Source of the DNA: Chlorokybus atmophyticus
Taxonomy: Eukaryota > Plantae > Mesostigma and Chlorokybus algae
Length of the DNA stretch: 64,000 nt
Assembly (NCBI GenBank): GCA_009103225.1
Contig: RHPI01001168.1
Span: 531,053-595,052, forward strand
Direction of reading: 5' to 3'
Shown: one piece after another, positions 1 through 11,049 of the stretch
Layout of the letters: every line of letters starts with the position of its first letter
How positions within the stretch are numbered: the first letter of the stretch is position 1
The notes under the pieces: model-generated
Told to the model about the DNA's origin: nothing
The model's input: only the letters and a program-made list of their open reading frames with translations
The model's database searches: none
Made by a program: the position numbers and the translations under genes

Positions 1-1382
1 CATAGCGGTGTTAGGAATGCACGCCAGACAGCCAAGGCTTTCAAAGAGCAGCACTCCATGCATGTCGAGGAGGTAATGGTCAAATTATCGGCATTCGTGA
101 GGATGAATGGCTTTCCGTGAAACCAGGCAATGTGGTTTGGCAACAGAATGCACTGTGGGGTTGGCGACAGTCGCGGGTGCCGGGAGCTGACTGCTACTCT
201 CGTCTTGCCCCTGACGCAATGCATGTGCTGGGAGGCATCATTGACCACCTGCTTGCTGCTGTGTACGACGCCGCGAAGGAACGAATGCGTCCATCCACGA
301 GACAGATTCTGCAGGCCAGGCACGTCTTTGGTGTTGCTTTTGTGTTGAACACAAAAGCCAACAACACGTGCTCACGAGCAGATGTGCACAGGCTGAATGC
401 ATGCAAGGCGACTCTGCGGGTTTCGCACTTCAAGGCACCCACAAGCACAGTAGATTTCTTCCTGTCCGACCACTCCTTTCAGGTGGTGGAGAAAGTGGCG
501 GTGCTGCAGCTGCTGCCGGTCCTCGCAGACGGTTTGCTGCTCGACAGTGAGGGCAACGATTTCTTCACCATTGCTGCCGCATCGCTTGCCCAGTGGAACA
601 AGAAGTTGCTGAAGGCGCATGAACACACAAGAGAGACCCTGACCACAGCCGACAACGAGCTGGCTGCCTTCAAAGCTGCAGTGTTGCATCCGCTACTGTC
701 GTCATATTCTGCACAGAAGTCAGGTTGGAAGATCGAGAAGATGCATCAGCTCACTCATTTTGGGCCGGCAATTGTCAGCAGTGGACACCCAGATTGGTTC
801 AGCGCCAACCGCATGGAGCAGACGCACGCCCAAAATATCAAACGGTGGGCGCGTGGTGGCAACAACCGGGACTACCAGGCACGTATCCTGAAGGCATGGA
901 GCTGTGCGGAATATGTGAGAGAGGATGGCATGGTCGTGGATCCCGAGATGCGCTCGGTCATGGCGCAGGCGCGGCAGCAGTGCTGTAATGTCATGGAGAA
1001 GACGGACAAGTTGCTACGGATGGATGTGCTGACAAGGAGGGAGTCCAGCCCGTACTGGAGCGGATCTGCGCGTAGCCGCCAAGTCGCCTTGAAGACTCCA
1101 TTTGCCGACAAGCTGCCTGCCACCCTGGACAGCTGGTTGAGGAGGGAACAACTGGAGTTGGCCGACGGGTGGCGTGCTGTTCGCGTGATGAACGGAGGCA
1201 GCGGTGTACATGACATCAGGAGTCAGCATGGCGCGCGCAACTGAGATGTTCCATGGGCGGCCTTGGTTCTCTACACTTGAGTTGGAAGGTGATGAGGACG
1301 GTGTGAATGTGACGTGGTGGGCTCAGGCACTCCTTTTTCTGCGCGTGGTGGTGTGGGGTGGTAGCGGCGAGCGCGTGTGGAA
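1..1382 (+). CDS. Plavaka-family transposase, C-terminal part (spliced, one apparent frameshift near 1194, runs into N-gap)
   Basis: Motifs APDAMHVLGGIIDHLL, KIEKMHQLTHFGPAIVSSGHPDWFSANRMEQTHAQNIKRWARGGNNRDY and, in the shifted frame, RATEMFHGRPWFS..WWAQALLFLRV resemble the Plavaka/EnSpm pattern (D-x-L/M-H; K-x-H-x3-H..G....S....E..H....K...R..N). A likely intron GAG|GTAATG..CAACAG|AAT joins the first 72 nt in frame. Confidence 0.75.
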
Positions 1383-2154
1383 NNNNNNNNNNNNNNNNNN
1401 NNNNNNNNNNNNNNNNNNNNNNNNNNNNNNNNNNNNNNNNNNNNNNNNNNNNNNNNNNNNNNNNNNNNNNNNNNNNNNNNNNNNNNNNNNNNNNNNNNNN
1501 NNNNNNNNNNNNNNNNNNNNNNNNNNNNNNNNNNNNNNNNNNNNNNNNNNNNNNNNNNNNNNNNNNNNNNNNNNNNNNNNNNNNNNNNNNNNNNNNNNNN
1601 NNNNNNNNNNNNNNNNNNNNNNNNNNNNNNNNNNNNNNNNNNNNNNNNNNNNNNNNNNNNNNNNNNNNNNNNNNNNNNNNNNNNNNNNNNNNNNNNNNNN
1701 NNNNNNNNNNNNNNNNNNNNNNNNNNNNNNNNNNNNNNNNNNNNNNNNNNNNNNNNNNNNNNNNNNNNNNNNNNNNNNNNNNNNNNNNNNNNNNNNNNNN
1801 NNNNNNNNNNNNNNNNNNNNNNNNNNNNNNNNNNNNNNNNNNNNNNNNNNNNNNNNNNNNNNNNNNNNNNNNNNNNNNNNNNNNNNNNNNNNNNNNNNNN
1901 NNNNNNNNNNNNNNNNNNNNNNNNNNNNNNNNNNNNNNNNNNNNNNNNNNNNNNNNNNNNNNNNNNNNNNNNNNNNNNNNNNNNNNNNNNNNNNNNNNNN
2001 NNNNNNNNNNNNNNNNNNNNNNNNNNNNNNNNNNNNNNNNNNNNNNNNNNNNNNNNNNNNNNNNNNNNNNNNNNNNNNNNNNNNNNNNNNNNNNNNNNNN
2101 NNNNNNNNNNNNNNNNNNNNNNNNNNNNNNNNNNNNNNNNNNNNNNNNNNNNNN

Positions 2155-3131
2155 GTCCCAGCTTGTTGTCAAATGGCGTGTATGTGGTCAAGGCTGGCCG
2201 TGGTGCTGGCCAGGGACTAACAATGATGCCGTCCGGGCTTACTTTGCGACTGACGTTCTCCCCTCCGGCGCGCAGAACATGGTGTGCCCCGTCAACTGAT
2301 GTGTACGCGAATACGTTGTGCCCTTTAGAGTTGATGGTTTGTGGTCGATCACCGTCATCGAATACTATACGGTGCTGCCCTGCAAAGACACTTTCCATTG
2401 CACCATGCATATATGATGCGTCCTCAATCTCGCACGCCACAAAGCGATGCTGACCTGACGCTTGCTTGAATGATTCCACAACGCCCGCATACCATTCCCC
2501 ATCCAGCGGCCAATGCACCATGACACTCACACCGATCAGCTGCTCGCATCCCAACTTAACTGCGTTCCGCAGCCGATGCAGTGCGCTGTCCAACAGTCGA
2601 TGGTCTGCCTCCTCTACAGCGGCCAGGGGATGGAATTGCCCACGCCCACACCGTGCAAGACTGTTCTGAATGCGACAACAGCTTCAACATGATTGAAATA
2701 AGCATACGCCCAACATAACATGCAGTGATACGTCGCGGTCCACTCTTGTGAATTACCTCCACAGCATCCACCACCTGTCCACTAACCACATGTCCCGGTG
2801 TTGTCCATGTGAAGAAGCGCATGGGTTCCCCTCGCCACTCGAAGCATGAGCGCGAGCACGATTCGCACACGCACTGCACGCAATGGAAAAACTCGGGTTC
2901 CTTGCACAGCACTTGGCCGAGGCGGCAGCCAAACACGTCGATATTGTGTGTGGTGTGATGCCAGCAAGCAGCACTAAAACCGTGGCACACTGTCTGCACT
3001 CGCTGGCATTCGGTCAAGTGTGCTCGCATTTGCTGCCTGCGGCCATTGGCACATACGTACGCATTGCATTGTGGGCACACCAAGCATGGTCTCCTAGGTG
3101 AGGGTGATTCAACTGCTGCCGCCGACATCAT
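2155..3131 (-). CDS. C2HC zinc-finger / Cys-rich + Tudor-domain protein (transposon cargo; 3' end in gap)
   Basis: N-terminal CPQC-x15-H-x3-C. After removing GT-AG introns 2666-2756 and 2380-2454 it reads IGVSVMVHWPLDGEWYAGVVESFKQASGQHRIVFDDGD, a plant PDS5/MSH6-type Tudor signature. Confidence 0.7.
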
Positions 3132-3481
3132 GCAAAATAGGAATCGGCACGGCTGCCCACAAACTGAGCGAGACTTTAGGGTATGGGCATCAATTTAGGG
3201 TTGCCAGCTTACGAACCCTAATTGGGTCAAACTTCAAGTGAAGCACGACTGTACCTTATACGCTATTGCAGTACCACGCATGGTACTACATCAACATGAA
3301 TGGTACTCTATCTGTTAATGGTACTACAGTACAAGGATACTCGCATACTACCACGATCGTAGAGTAATACTGTGCTGTCATGCCATGGAACCCAGAGCGC
3401 TGTCCGAGTTTGTTGCTGTCAACCACGCTATAAACCAGCGAGGTATGAAAGCCATGCACTGAATCATGCGCCGGGCAGTCA

Positions 3482-4620
3482 TCATACACATGTACAGCCA
3501 ATGCTTCTAACAACAGCAGATCTTTTATGCACCATGCACCATGCTGCAACTATACATGTACCTACATGGTTCACAGGAAGCCAACACAAAACTACAATAC
3601 ATGCACAATTGGCTTTAAGGCGGGGCCAAATCACCGCCGACACGTTGGCGTCTTGCATCAGGCGTGGCGACCAAAACGGGTGAGGTTGCTTGCAGAATGG
3701 ACACGCTTGTAGATTCTTTGATTTATTTGCCACAGTCTTCTGATGTGCTATGATGCAGACATGGCACATCGCTTTCTTGCAACAGGGCGTCTCCCCATCC
3801 GCTGGGGGGGGTGGCTCTTTAATGCGACAAATCAGCACACATGGTGCACGCGGGTGTGCAAGCTGCCTCTGCCACCAAACACTGTTATCGCGTCGCAGGC
3901 GTAGCGACTCCCATCTGAATGGCGCAGCATAACGCTCCACTGCCTGCTCGATCACCTGACGCCCATCTGCCGCCATACACCATCTGCTGGTCTTGGTGCT
4001 CTCGTCCAGCATGCGTTCATCCAGGCCCTCGACATGGCTGTCGTCACTCGTGTACTCCCCCGCATCGTCATTTTCTTCGAGCTTCCACAGAATCAGCTCG
4101 ACGTGCCGTATGACATACAGCCACTGCCAGCCAAAGCATGCCAAGTACAGCTCGAATGGTTTTACTTGCCACCCAGTATGTTTGCTCAGGTAGTGGCACA
4201 CATCTCGACCCGCATTAGTCGACATCGACAGGTACATCTGCTGCAGCAGGTCGAAGTTCTGCTCCGCAGAACTTGCACATTGCCGGGGTGCTGCGGCAGC
4301 AACAACACCATCATATCGAGGACGGCGAGGGGCAACAACGTACTACGGATGGCCATATCGTGTGTGGGTTCCAACCACGGCCAATCCCCAGAGGTCTGTT
4401 TAGACCGCATTCTCCGCGTTTGCTCCCACTTATTGCAAACTTTCGTCACCCACCTCGAGGCATGCCGCATGCGGTGATGCAGCGCGTCTTGGGCGTACTG
4501 TAGGGTGATCAACTCCTTTGCACTACGAGTCAGCCCCCCAAAGCGTCTGCGCGTCGGTGCTTTGAGCTTAGGCAGCTCGTGCCGCACCGGCTGTCTCTCT
4601 GGATGATGCTGAGCAGCCAC
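3482..4620 (-). CDS. RING-like zinc-finger protein (cargo; frame disrupted near 4270)
   Basis: CVLIC..PCCKKAMCHVC..ACPFCK pattern in ORF 3482-4237; upstream ORF 4186-4620 overlaps in another frame. Confidence 0.5.
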
Positions 4621-4716
4621 TTGACGCTGTAAACCCGCCTGTGCCTACTCAGGACACACAGTCAGCCCCAGTGAGGCTTCAAGGCGCTGTGCTTCTTTTA
4701 ATGTTGTAACGATGCC

Positions 4717-7690
4717 TCACCTTTCCTTTTTTGGTCCTGTCAGCGTCCTTTGTCCTAACAACCTTCTTCTTTTTTTTTTGTCACCCCGCACATCCTGGCA
4801 GGCGCTCTCCATGGCACTGTCACTCAGAGGAGGTAAGGCGTTATCTTCTTGCTCCACAGCCTTGCGCTTGTTGGTTGCCTCCCGTTCCGCCACGACCTCA
4901 TGTTGCTTCATGAGGTCGAGCATGAAGCCTTTGTCTTTCAGCGCAGCTTTCAGAACACCTCGATCAATCTCTTTACCAACAAGACAGGCTGGGATCAATG
5001 TGGCAAGCTTAGAGGGAGAGGGCGAGCTACAGCTGCTTCTTGATGGAGATGCCTCCGGATGGTCAGAGTGCGGTGGCAAGTGAGTCTCCGCGGCAGGAAG
5101 GGAGGGTGCTGAATTGGGATTGCGAGCATGTGGCTGTGGTTGAGGGGAGGCAGGTTGTGCAGAACACTCGGCTACTTCTTGCCTAGCACACGAAGGCGAG
5201 GCCTGAGGCGTTGGCGCAGCACTCTGGGTCACAGCCGGTGGTAGCGGGGAATTGGCAACGCCATTCCGCCACTTTCCGATCAGGTGTGTTACCTCCGGTG
5301 GCACTTTATGCATAGGCCACGACCACTGTTCGGTGCTTGCAGGCTTGAAGAGCCAAAAGTGTGCTTCTGGCTCATCAGGAGCAGTGTTGCCCACCACCAG
5401 GACTGAGTTGGGGGCTTCTTTATTTATTTCCAACCCAAACTGCGCTGCCGGGCCGTGGCACCCACTCCCCATGCTCGCGCTAAACGGTCACGCAGCCAAT
5501 CAACAAGCCCAGCTTGTTGGCAAACATGGTCATCTGCAGGTGCTCGACGTACACATCTTTTCTCCGCACGATCTGTCGCACCTTGGCCATGGCTAGGTCA
5601 ATGTTGCAGTTGATATCAGCCAACATGGTCGCAGGCAGTTTGTCGTAATACTGCGCCATCTCTCCCGCGGCACCAGTGGCTCTGCAGAAGTCTAGGATTC
5701 TGCTCGCCACGCCTGCATCGACAGCCTTGGCGGTGATTTTGCGGAGAGTATGCCCCCTGCCGTCGTCGTCCATGGTGTCCAGCATGGCCCCAAATCTGCT
5801 CGAGCTGGGGCACTTGTGATCATCCAGGACACTTTGCGCTATGGATGGCCTGGCGCGAAATACACAATGGTAGAAGCAGTTACCATCCGTTGGCGCATTG
5901 AAGTGGTCCCATGAGGCGAGCTGGCCACCTAGCATGACTGATGGCCGTATGCGGGTTGCGGCCAGCTCCTCTGATGACTCGCTGGCAGGTGGTGACCCCT
6001 GCTGCATGCGCATACAGCACTCACATGGTGTGTCCAACTGTGGACGGCAAGAGTCACAGTGACCAATAAAGTACCTGAGTTTGGGGCAGACTGCCGGCTT
6101 CAACTTGCAGCGGGTGGGGTAAGGTAGGTGCAGAAGCCACATCGGTTGTTGCATTGTGCTGTGGTCTCGCCGGTGGCGGCAAGAAGGATTGTTGCCCCGC
6201 AATCACCGGTGCTGCTCGTGGAGGAGATGGCAGTGCACGAAGGACTGGTGCCGCGGAAGGTGGTTGCGCTCTGGCTGGGAGGGGAGCAGGAGCTGCAGGT
6301 GAGACCACTTGTGCATGCAGCAAGGGGGGCTGTATACAGGACCCAGGATAAGATGGCTCACAATGTTGCAAAGGACGAATATAAGCTTATGCAGTGCCTG
6401 ACGCATTGTTACCAAGGCACGAGCATAAAAGACAGCGACTTACTCCAATGGCCCGTGGGCTGCATGGAGCAGGGGAAGCCATGGGGGCTGACAAGGTGGT
6501 ATTGGCTGCACTCTCCCCGCCACCCTCGATGGCAGACTCGTCACGGAGCTCTTGAGCCATGGGCACATCATGCGCCACTGCCCTAATGGACATGTCGGGA
6601 TTCAACAGGCCAACATGCATGTTAAACTGATGCCGCATTGCCGCCGCGCCCATCAGCAAGTGGGATTGAAGGACCAGTTGATGGGATTGAATCCAGGCTT
6701 GCATAGGAGCTCCAACAGGACTTAGTGCACTGTGGTGCTGTCAACCAATCACATGTGGGTTAGCTGCATGCTTGCGACACTGCAATTGCAATAGTCAACT
6801 GCGTCACACCGTCATCAGTTGGTTGCTTCGAACAGTCACCTGCGGCATTGCTGGTTGATGCACGAATGATTGCATGGACTGCGTGATTGCTGGTTGATGC
6901 ACTATTGGTTGAATGCCGGACGAATGGCCACGCGCTCTTGTGCTCAAACCCAGCCTACTTCGTTCGGCACGCGCGCGCGACTTCGCACGCTCACGCACAT
7001 CCTGGCATGGAAAGGTAGGCATGCAATGGAGCCGACATTGCAGTCAATATGCACAGCGAGATTGGCAACAACATACCGCCGCCCAGCTCTGTCTATCTGC
7101 TCTTGCTTCCGCAATGTCGGCTTGACTGTAAGGGTGGGTATGGGTGAATAGTGGAGGCCTGCAGCCACGCTACATATATCACATGGACTGCGCTAAAAAA
7201 CAAATTGCTCTTGCAAGGAAATACATGTGACTATTGAGCGTACCTCTGCATTCCTTTGTGCTTGTTCCCACAGCCGCAACTGGTCCCGCATGGTTCTGAC
7301 AAGGGGCTCCAAGGACTGCAGCTCCTGATCCACTCCCTGTTGCAGAAAGCGAGCCACCAAGCAGCTCTCTGTGTGAAGATGGTCTTTAATGGCTTGCCTG
7401 CTGGTTTGTCCAATGTTGGTGATGCATGTTGGACAGCCCCATTGCTGACGCCTGCCATGATCCATGACGTGGCGACCGGTAGTAGCTGGCTTCGCTGCTT
7501 GAACTCTTACGACCACAACTTCTCGCAAGATGTGCCACGCCGCCGCCGCCGCCTCCTCCGACTCTTGGTCCTCCGCCTTCTAGTCGAACCCAGGCCCATC
7601 AAGCCTGACATACGACCCGTCATCGACCTGGTGCCCCTGCGTGCCATCATCCGGCCATCAATGAAGCGTGTTTGGGTGAGTGCATGCTAA
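4717..7690 (-). pseudogene. Multi-exon OTU-like cysteine protease gene with N-terminal C2HC finger and Pro-rich linkers, disrupted
   Basis: OTU Cys-box NAPTDGNCFYHCV (~5860-5900), helix EHLQMTMFANKLGLLIGCV, His-box EAHFWLF (~5350-5365); in-frame TAG at 5480-5482 and 7580-7582, frameshift ~5450; finger GCPTC..HLHTESC at ~7360-7440; GT/AG-bounded Pro-rich exons between. Confidence 0.6.
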
Positions 7691-8055
7691 CTCCCATTTG
7701 GGCTGATCGAGCAATGCCTCTGTCATACCATGGATGGTACGACAGAGCCATTGTACGGCAATCCCTGGGGTTGGACGAGAGATGCCTCTGTCGTATTATA
7801 AATGTTACGACACAACCATTGGTAACAATGGTTGTACGAAGCATGCATGGCACGAATGCATAAGTCGTACCATCAACCATAGGAGCAAGGACGCACTACA
7901 AGTGCGACTCTAGTGCGGGACTCTAGACGTTCAAAACCGCCTCATTTTCGTTTTCGCGCCTCATACATTCGGGCGGGCCAACCGGCGGCGGCAGCGTTGG
8001 AGGCGGCAGCGCCACTTACAGCTAAACAGGCGGCACCCGACTATCAGTTGGAGAG

Positions 8056-9881
8056 ATGCCTCGTGGTCCATCCGTAAGTGCACCTCGTCGTGGAGGTCGG
8101 CGCCAGTTGTCCACATTGCCCCCAGTGTTCAACCAGGCAACCGTCGCCAACCAATCGCAGCAAGACCCCGCGCTAACGCCCAGCACATCACAACAACTCC
8201 ACCTGACACCGCAGTCGCAAGGGCAAGCTAGACTGCATGCGTTCTTGATGCACTGTGCACGTTGCTTCTTGCTCAACTTCTAACTTGGATGCTTGCTTCT
8301 ATCATGACTAGCACAGTGACTCACTGCATGCGTTCTGGATACACTGTGCACGTTGTTCTTCTTTTGCAACTGTGAGGGTTGCATCTTTCATGGCTGGCAG
8401 CATGACTCATGTGGTTGTGCTTGCAGAGGGTCGATTGGAACCCCCAACCCAAACGCATTTGGCCGTGACGTGGCGACCTCGGCCGTCAGCAACCCTTCCC
8501 CAAGCAAGTGGAAGATTGGCAACGAGGTAAGCACTGTGTGACACTGTGACACTGTGTGTATGTGTAACGGATTGTTCTTCTGTGAACAGCATTTGCGAGA
8601 TGCCGTCGCTGAAATCATAAATGGCCACTGGGTAGAGAGCCACGTTTATCCCAAGGAGGACACTATTCGTAACGTCATGTGTCAGGTGCTGTGAATGCTT
8701 CATGACCGCACTGCACCGTGACACTGACCAACCTGCCCGTGACAGGTAGTTGGCTTCGACCATGACGACGAGGCCGATGCGGCCAAGTTCTATGAGGTGT
8801 ACTGGACTCCCAAGGAGTGCCCCTTCCACTGGAGTGTCGCCCTGAAGAAAGCTACGCAGGTCCGGTCTGAGAACGTCACCAAGATCAAGCATGTCCTTGA
8901 GAAGGAGTACAAGTGGACACTGTTTAACAGCAACAAGCGCAAGTGAGTTGGGTCCCTCACCACCATGTCTGCTATGCAACACTGCCTTCTTACTCAGCCT
9001 CCATACACACGTACTCATCTCGCCTATTGTAACCGATTCGATCAGGCACATCGACGCCCTAATGGACCCCGAGACCCAACAAGCTCAGATGCGCAACGCG
9101 CTCCAAAGTAAGTCACAGGCACTATTCTAGCCTGGTGCAGGCTCAACTTGAACTATCTATTTCGTGACTAATGCCTTGTCGGTATGACTGTTGCAGACAA
9201 GTCATGGCGGAGATTTGAGGTGACCGACACTGCAGACCCGGTGCGGAGGAGATACATCCATGAATGGGGCAATCTCATAATCTGGCAAATGTTCGTGCAA
9301 TGCTGGTCTTACGCCGTTACTACACCTGGTCGCCAGCAGCTGACAGTCAACCACCTCGCATACCTGTTGCTTACGGTGAGCACTCTGATCTCCATCATTA
9401 GCAATTCAGGAACGCTGTAGCCCCAAACTACAGGCTTGCAGACGCGTTGCAGTGAATAGTGGCTTTCGATGCCACTAAGACATGCCTGTAAACTACGCAG
9501 GTGGAGCGCATCCTAAAGGGCAAGGATGGAGACCCTCTCCTAGCTGCCAGCATAGACACACATGAAGAGTACCTCAGCGAAATCAACACCATGATCATGT
9601 CAATGAAGCGGGAGATGAGGCAACGGTACGCAGCCCTCCAGCCATTCACCCTTGTGAAACGCCGCACTGCATCTTGTGTCGAATACCTGAAAGATCCCAA
9701 TCGGCGCCGGCCGCAAGAGACAGCAGCTCGTGACCCGCTCGCTGAGGCAGAAGCGGCATTTGATTGGCTGGCACAACTGTCTGAGGAGGAAGAGCAAGCT
9801 CCGGCGTCTCCTCCACAGGCCCCAGCGCGTGGTGCTTTGTTCCGTAATGACGAGACCAGCGATGATGGAAAGGAGCTGTAG
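8056..9881 (+). CDS. Intact 7-exon gene of unknown function (393 aa), transposon accessory ORF
   Basis: Exons 8056-8222, 8427-8526, 8590-8685, 8746-8942, 9046-9107, 9197-9375, 9501-9881 join in phase (1182 nt, no internal stop); first intron needs a GC donor, the rest are GT-AG. Confidence 0.75.
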
Positions 9882-10274
9882 CGAAGTTGGTAGTCCGTTT
9901 AGCTGGTAGTGTACATAGCTACAAGGCTCTTGTGACTGAGTGTTGTGCATCTTAAACCAGCTCAGTCAATCGTCATTATGCTCATGCACATCAATACTTG
10001 CATGCCTATGATATACAACAGAACTGCATTCGAGTCACATAATCGAACTACAAGCCTTGGCAAGTGACTGAGAGACACTATACACATTTCAGGTACATGT
10101 ACACAGCACAGGCACATAACAATGCTGGAAGTCAGTGACAGTCGCGTGTAGTCAAGCTATGCAAATACATATGACGACAGTTAGGCATTGGTCACCTTCA
10201 GTTGTTAAAGAATGCCTTATTTTGTCGATAATTACCTAGTTGGTGCTTGTGAATTAGGCTTCGTCGCCTGCGCT

Positions 10275-10555
10275 GGACTGGTGTGTAACCTGCAGGTGCC
10301 TGTCACATAGGCTGAGTCACCTAGGTAAGACTGATGTGTAACTTACAGGTGCCCGTTGATTAGTTGTAGTCACCTAATAAGGCCTGATGTGTAACTAACA
10401 GTTGCCTGTAAATTACACAAAGTCATTTGTTAAGGCCTGGTGTGTGACTAACAGGTGCCTGTAAATTATATAAAGTCACCTGTTAAGGCCTGATAGGTAA
10501 CTAACAGGCGCCTGTTAGTTAGGCATAGTCAACTGTTAAAGACTAAATTGTAACA
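10275..10555 (+). repeat. 53-bp subterminal tandem array (5 full copies + partial)
   Basis: Units start at 10275, 10328, 10381, 10434, 10487, 10540; consensus approx. GGCCTGATGTGTAACTAACAGGTGCCTGTAAATTACATAAAGTCACCTGTTAA. Confidence 0.9.
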
Positions 10556-10592
10556 AAAAGGGCCTTACAGTAACGAAAGTTACTATCAGGTC

Positions 10593-10705
10593 CCTGTATC
10601 AAGATTACAGGTGGCCTAAGCCACGACAGTCTAAATTAGCGTCCTCAGGTGCACGGCCGTTGCCATTATTTAGTCGGCCGGCGGGGAAAACATATTGCGA
10701 CGCTG
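10593..10705 (+). repeat. Right terminus / terminal inverted repeat of the transposon
   Basis: Near-identical to 41470-41576 (same strand) and to the reverse complement of 37653-37716; ends ...CATATTGCGACGCTG. Confidence 0.8.
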
Positions 10706-11049
10706 CGCCCATCACGCCCTGCTCCCATCACGCGCTGCTCGTCACACGCACCTCCCCGATACTTGGCATACGCTCATTAAAACTTAGCAAGATTTTCATC
10801 AAGAATCATATGCTCTTCGCAGTTAAGCATATTCTCTTAGCCACCACATTTGCTATATACGGTCATCTGAGTTGCAGTCAGTCAGCCTCAGGTACTTTGG
10901 CATGCTTGTAGTCTAGCTATGTGATTCAAGTTGCCTAGAGTTTTGCCTGGATAATATGTGGTGCATGCGTTGAAGCCACGTTCAACAGATAGCAGCAAGG
11001 GATGCACAGGTTTGAAGCAGCTGGTTGCACAATGTACACAGTTACAAGT

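Larger units (their letters stand above)
1..10705. mobile_element. Large Plavaka-type (CACTA/CMC-related) DNA transposon, right part; left end lies outside the window
   Basis: Plavaka-like transposase at 1-1382; 53-bp subterminal array at 10275-10555; terminal 64 bp (10642-10705) match the reverse complement of the terminus at 37653-37716 at 57/64 positions; non-host-like spliced cargo genes between. That everything in between is one element is inference. Confidence 0.65.

Noticed and set aside
1204-2593. Long ORFs of 250-440 aa through N-gaps (also 47709-48580, 50009-50377, 41658-42152)
   Set aside because: Length comes from N runs lacking stops; only the flanking real sequence was interpreted.
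5480-7582. Non-canonical code (TAG=Gln, as in some ulvophytes) to explain in-frame TAGs in cargo genes
   Set aside because: eIF4A, the methyltransferase, WDR78 and the orphan gene all end at TAG where expected; frameshifts accompany the TAGs, so decay is simpler.
10275-10555. CRISPR-like array
   Set aside because: Whole 53-bp unit repeats with no unique spacers, eukaryotic context, no cas genes.
1-10705. TET/JBP dioxygenase cargo, known to accompany Plavaka/KDZ elements in fungi
   Set aside because: No convincing HxD..H..R 2OG-Fe(II) signature seen in the visible ORFs; the gap and upstream part cannot be assessed.
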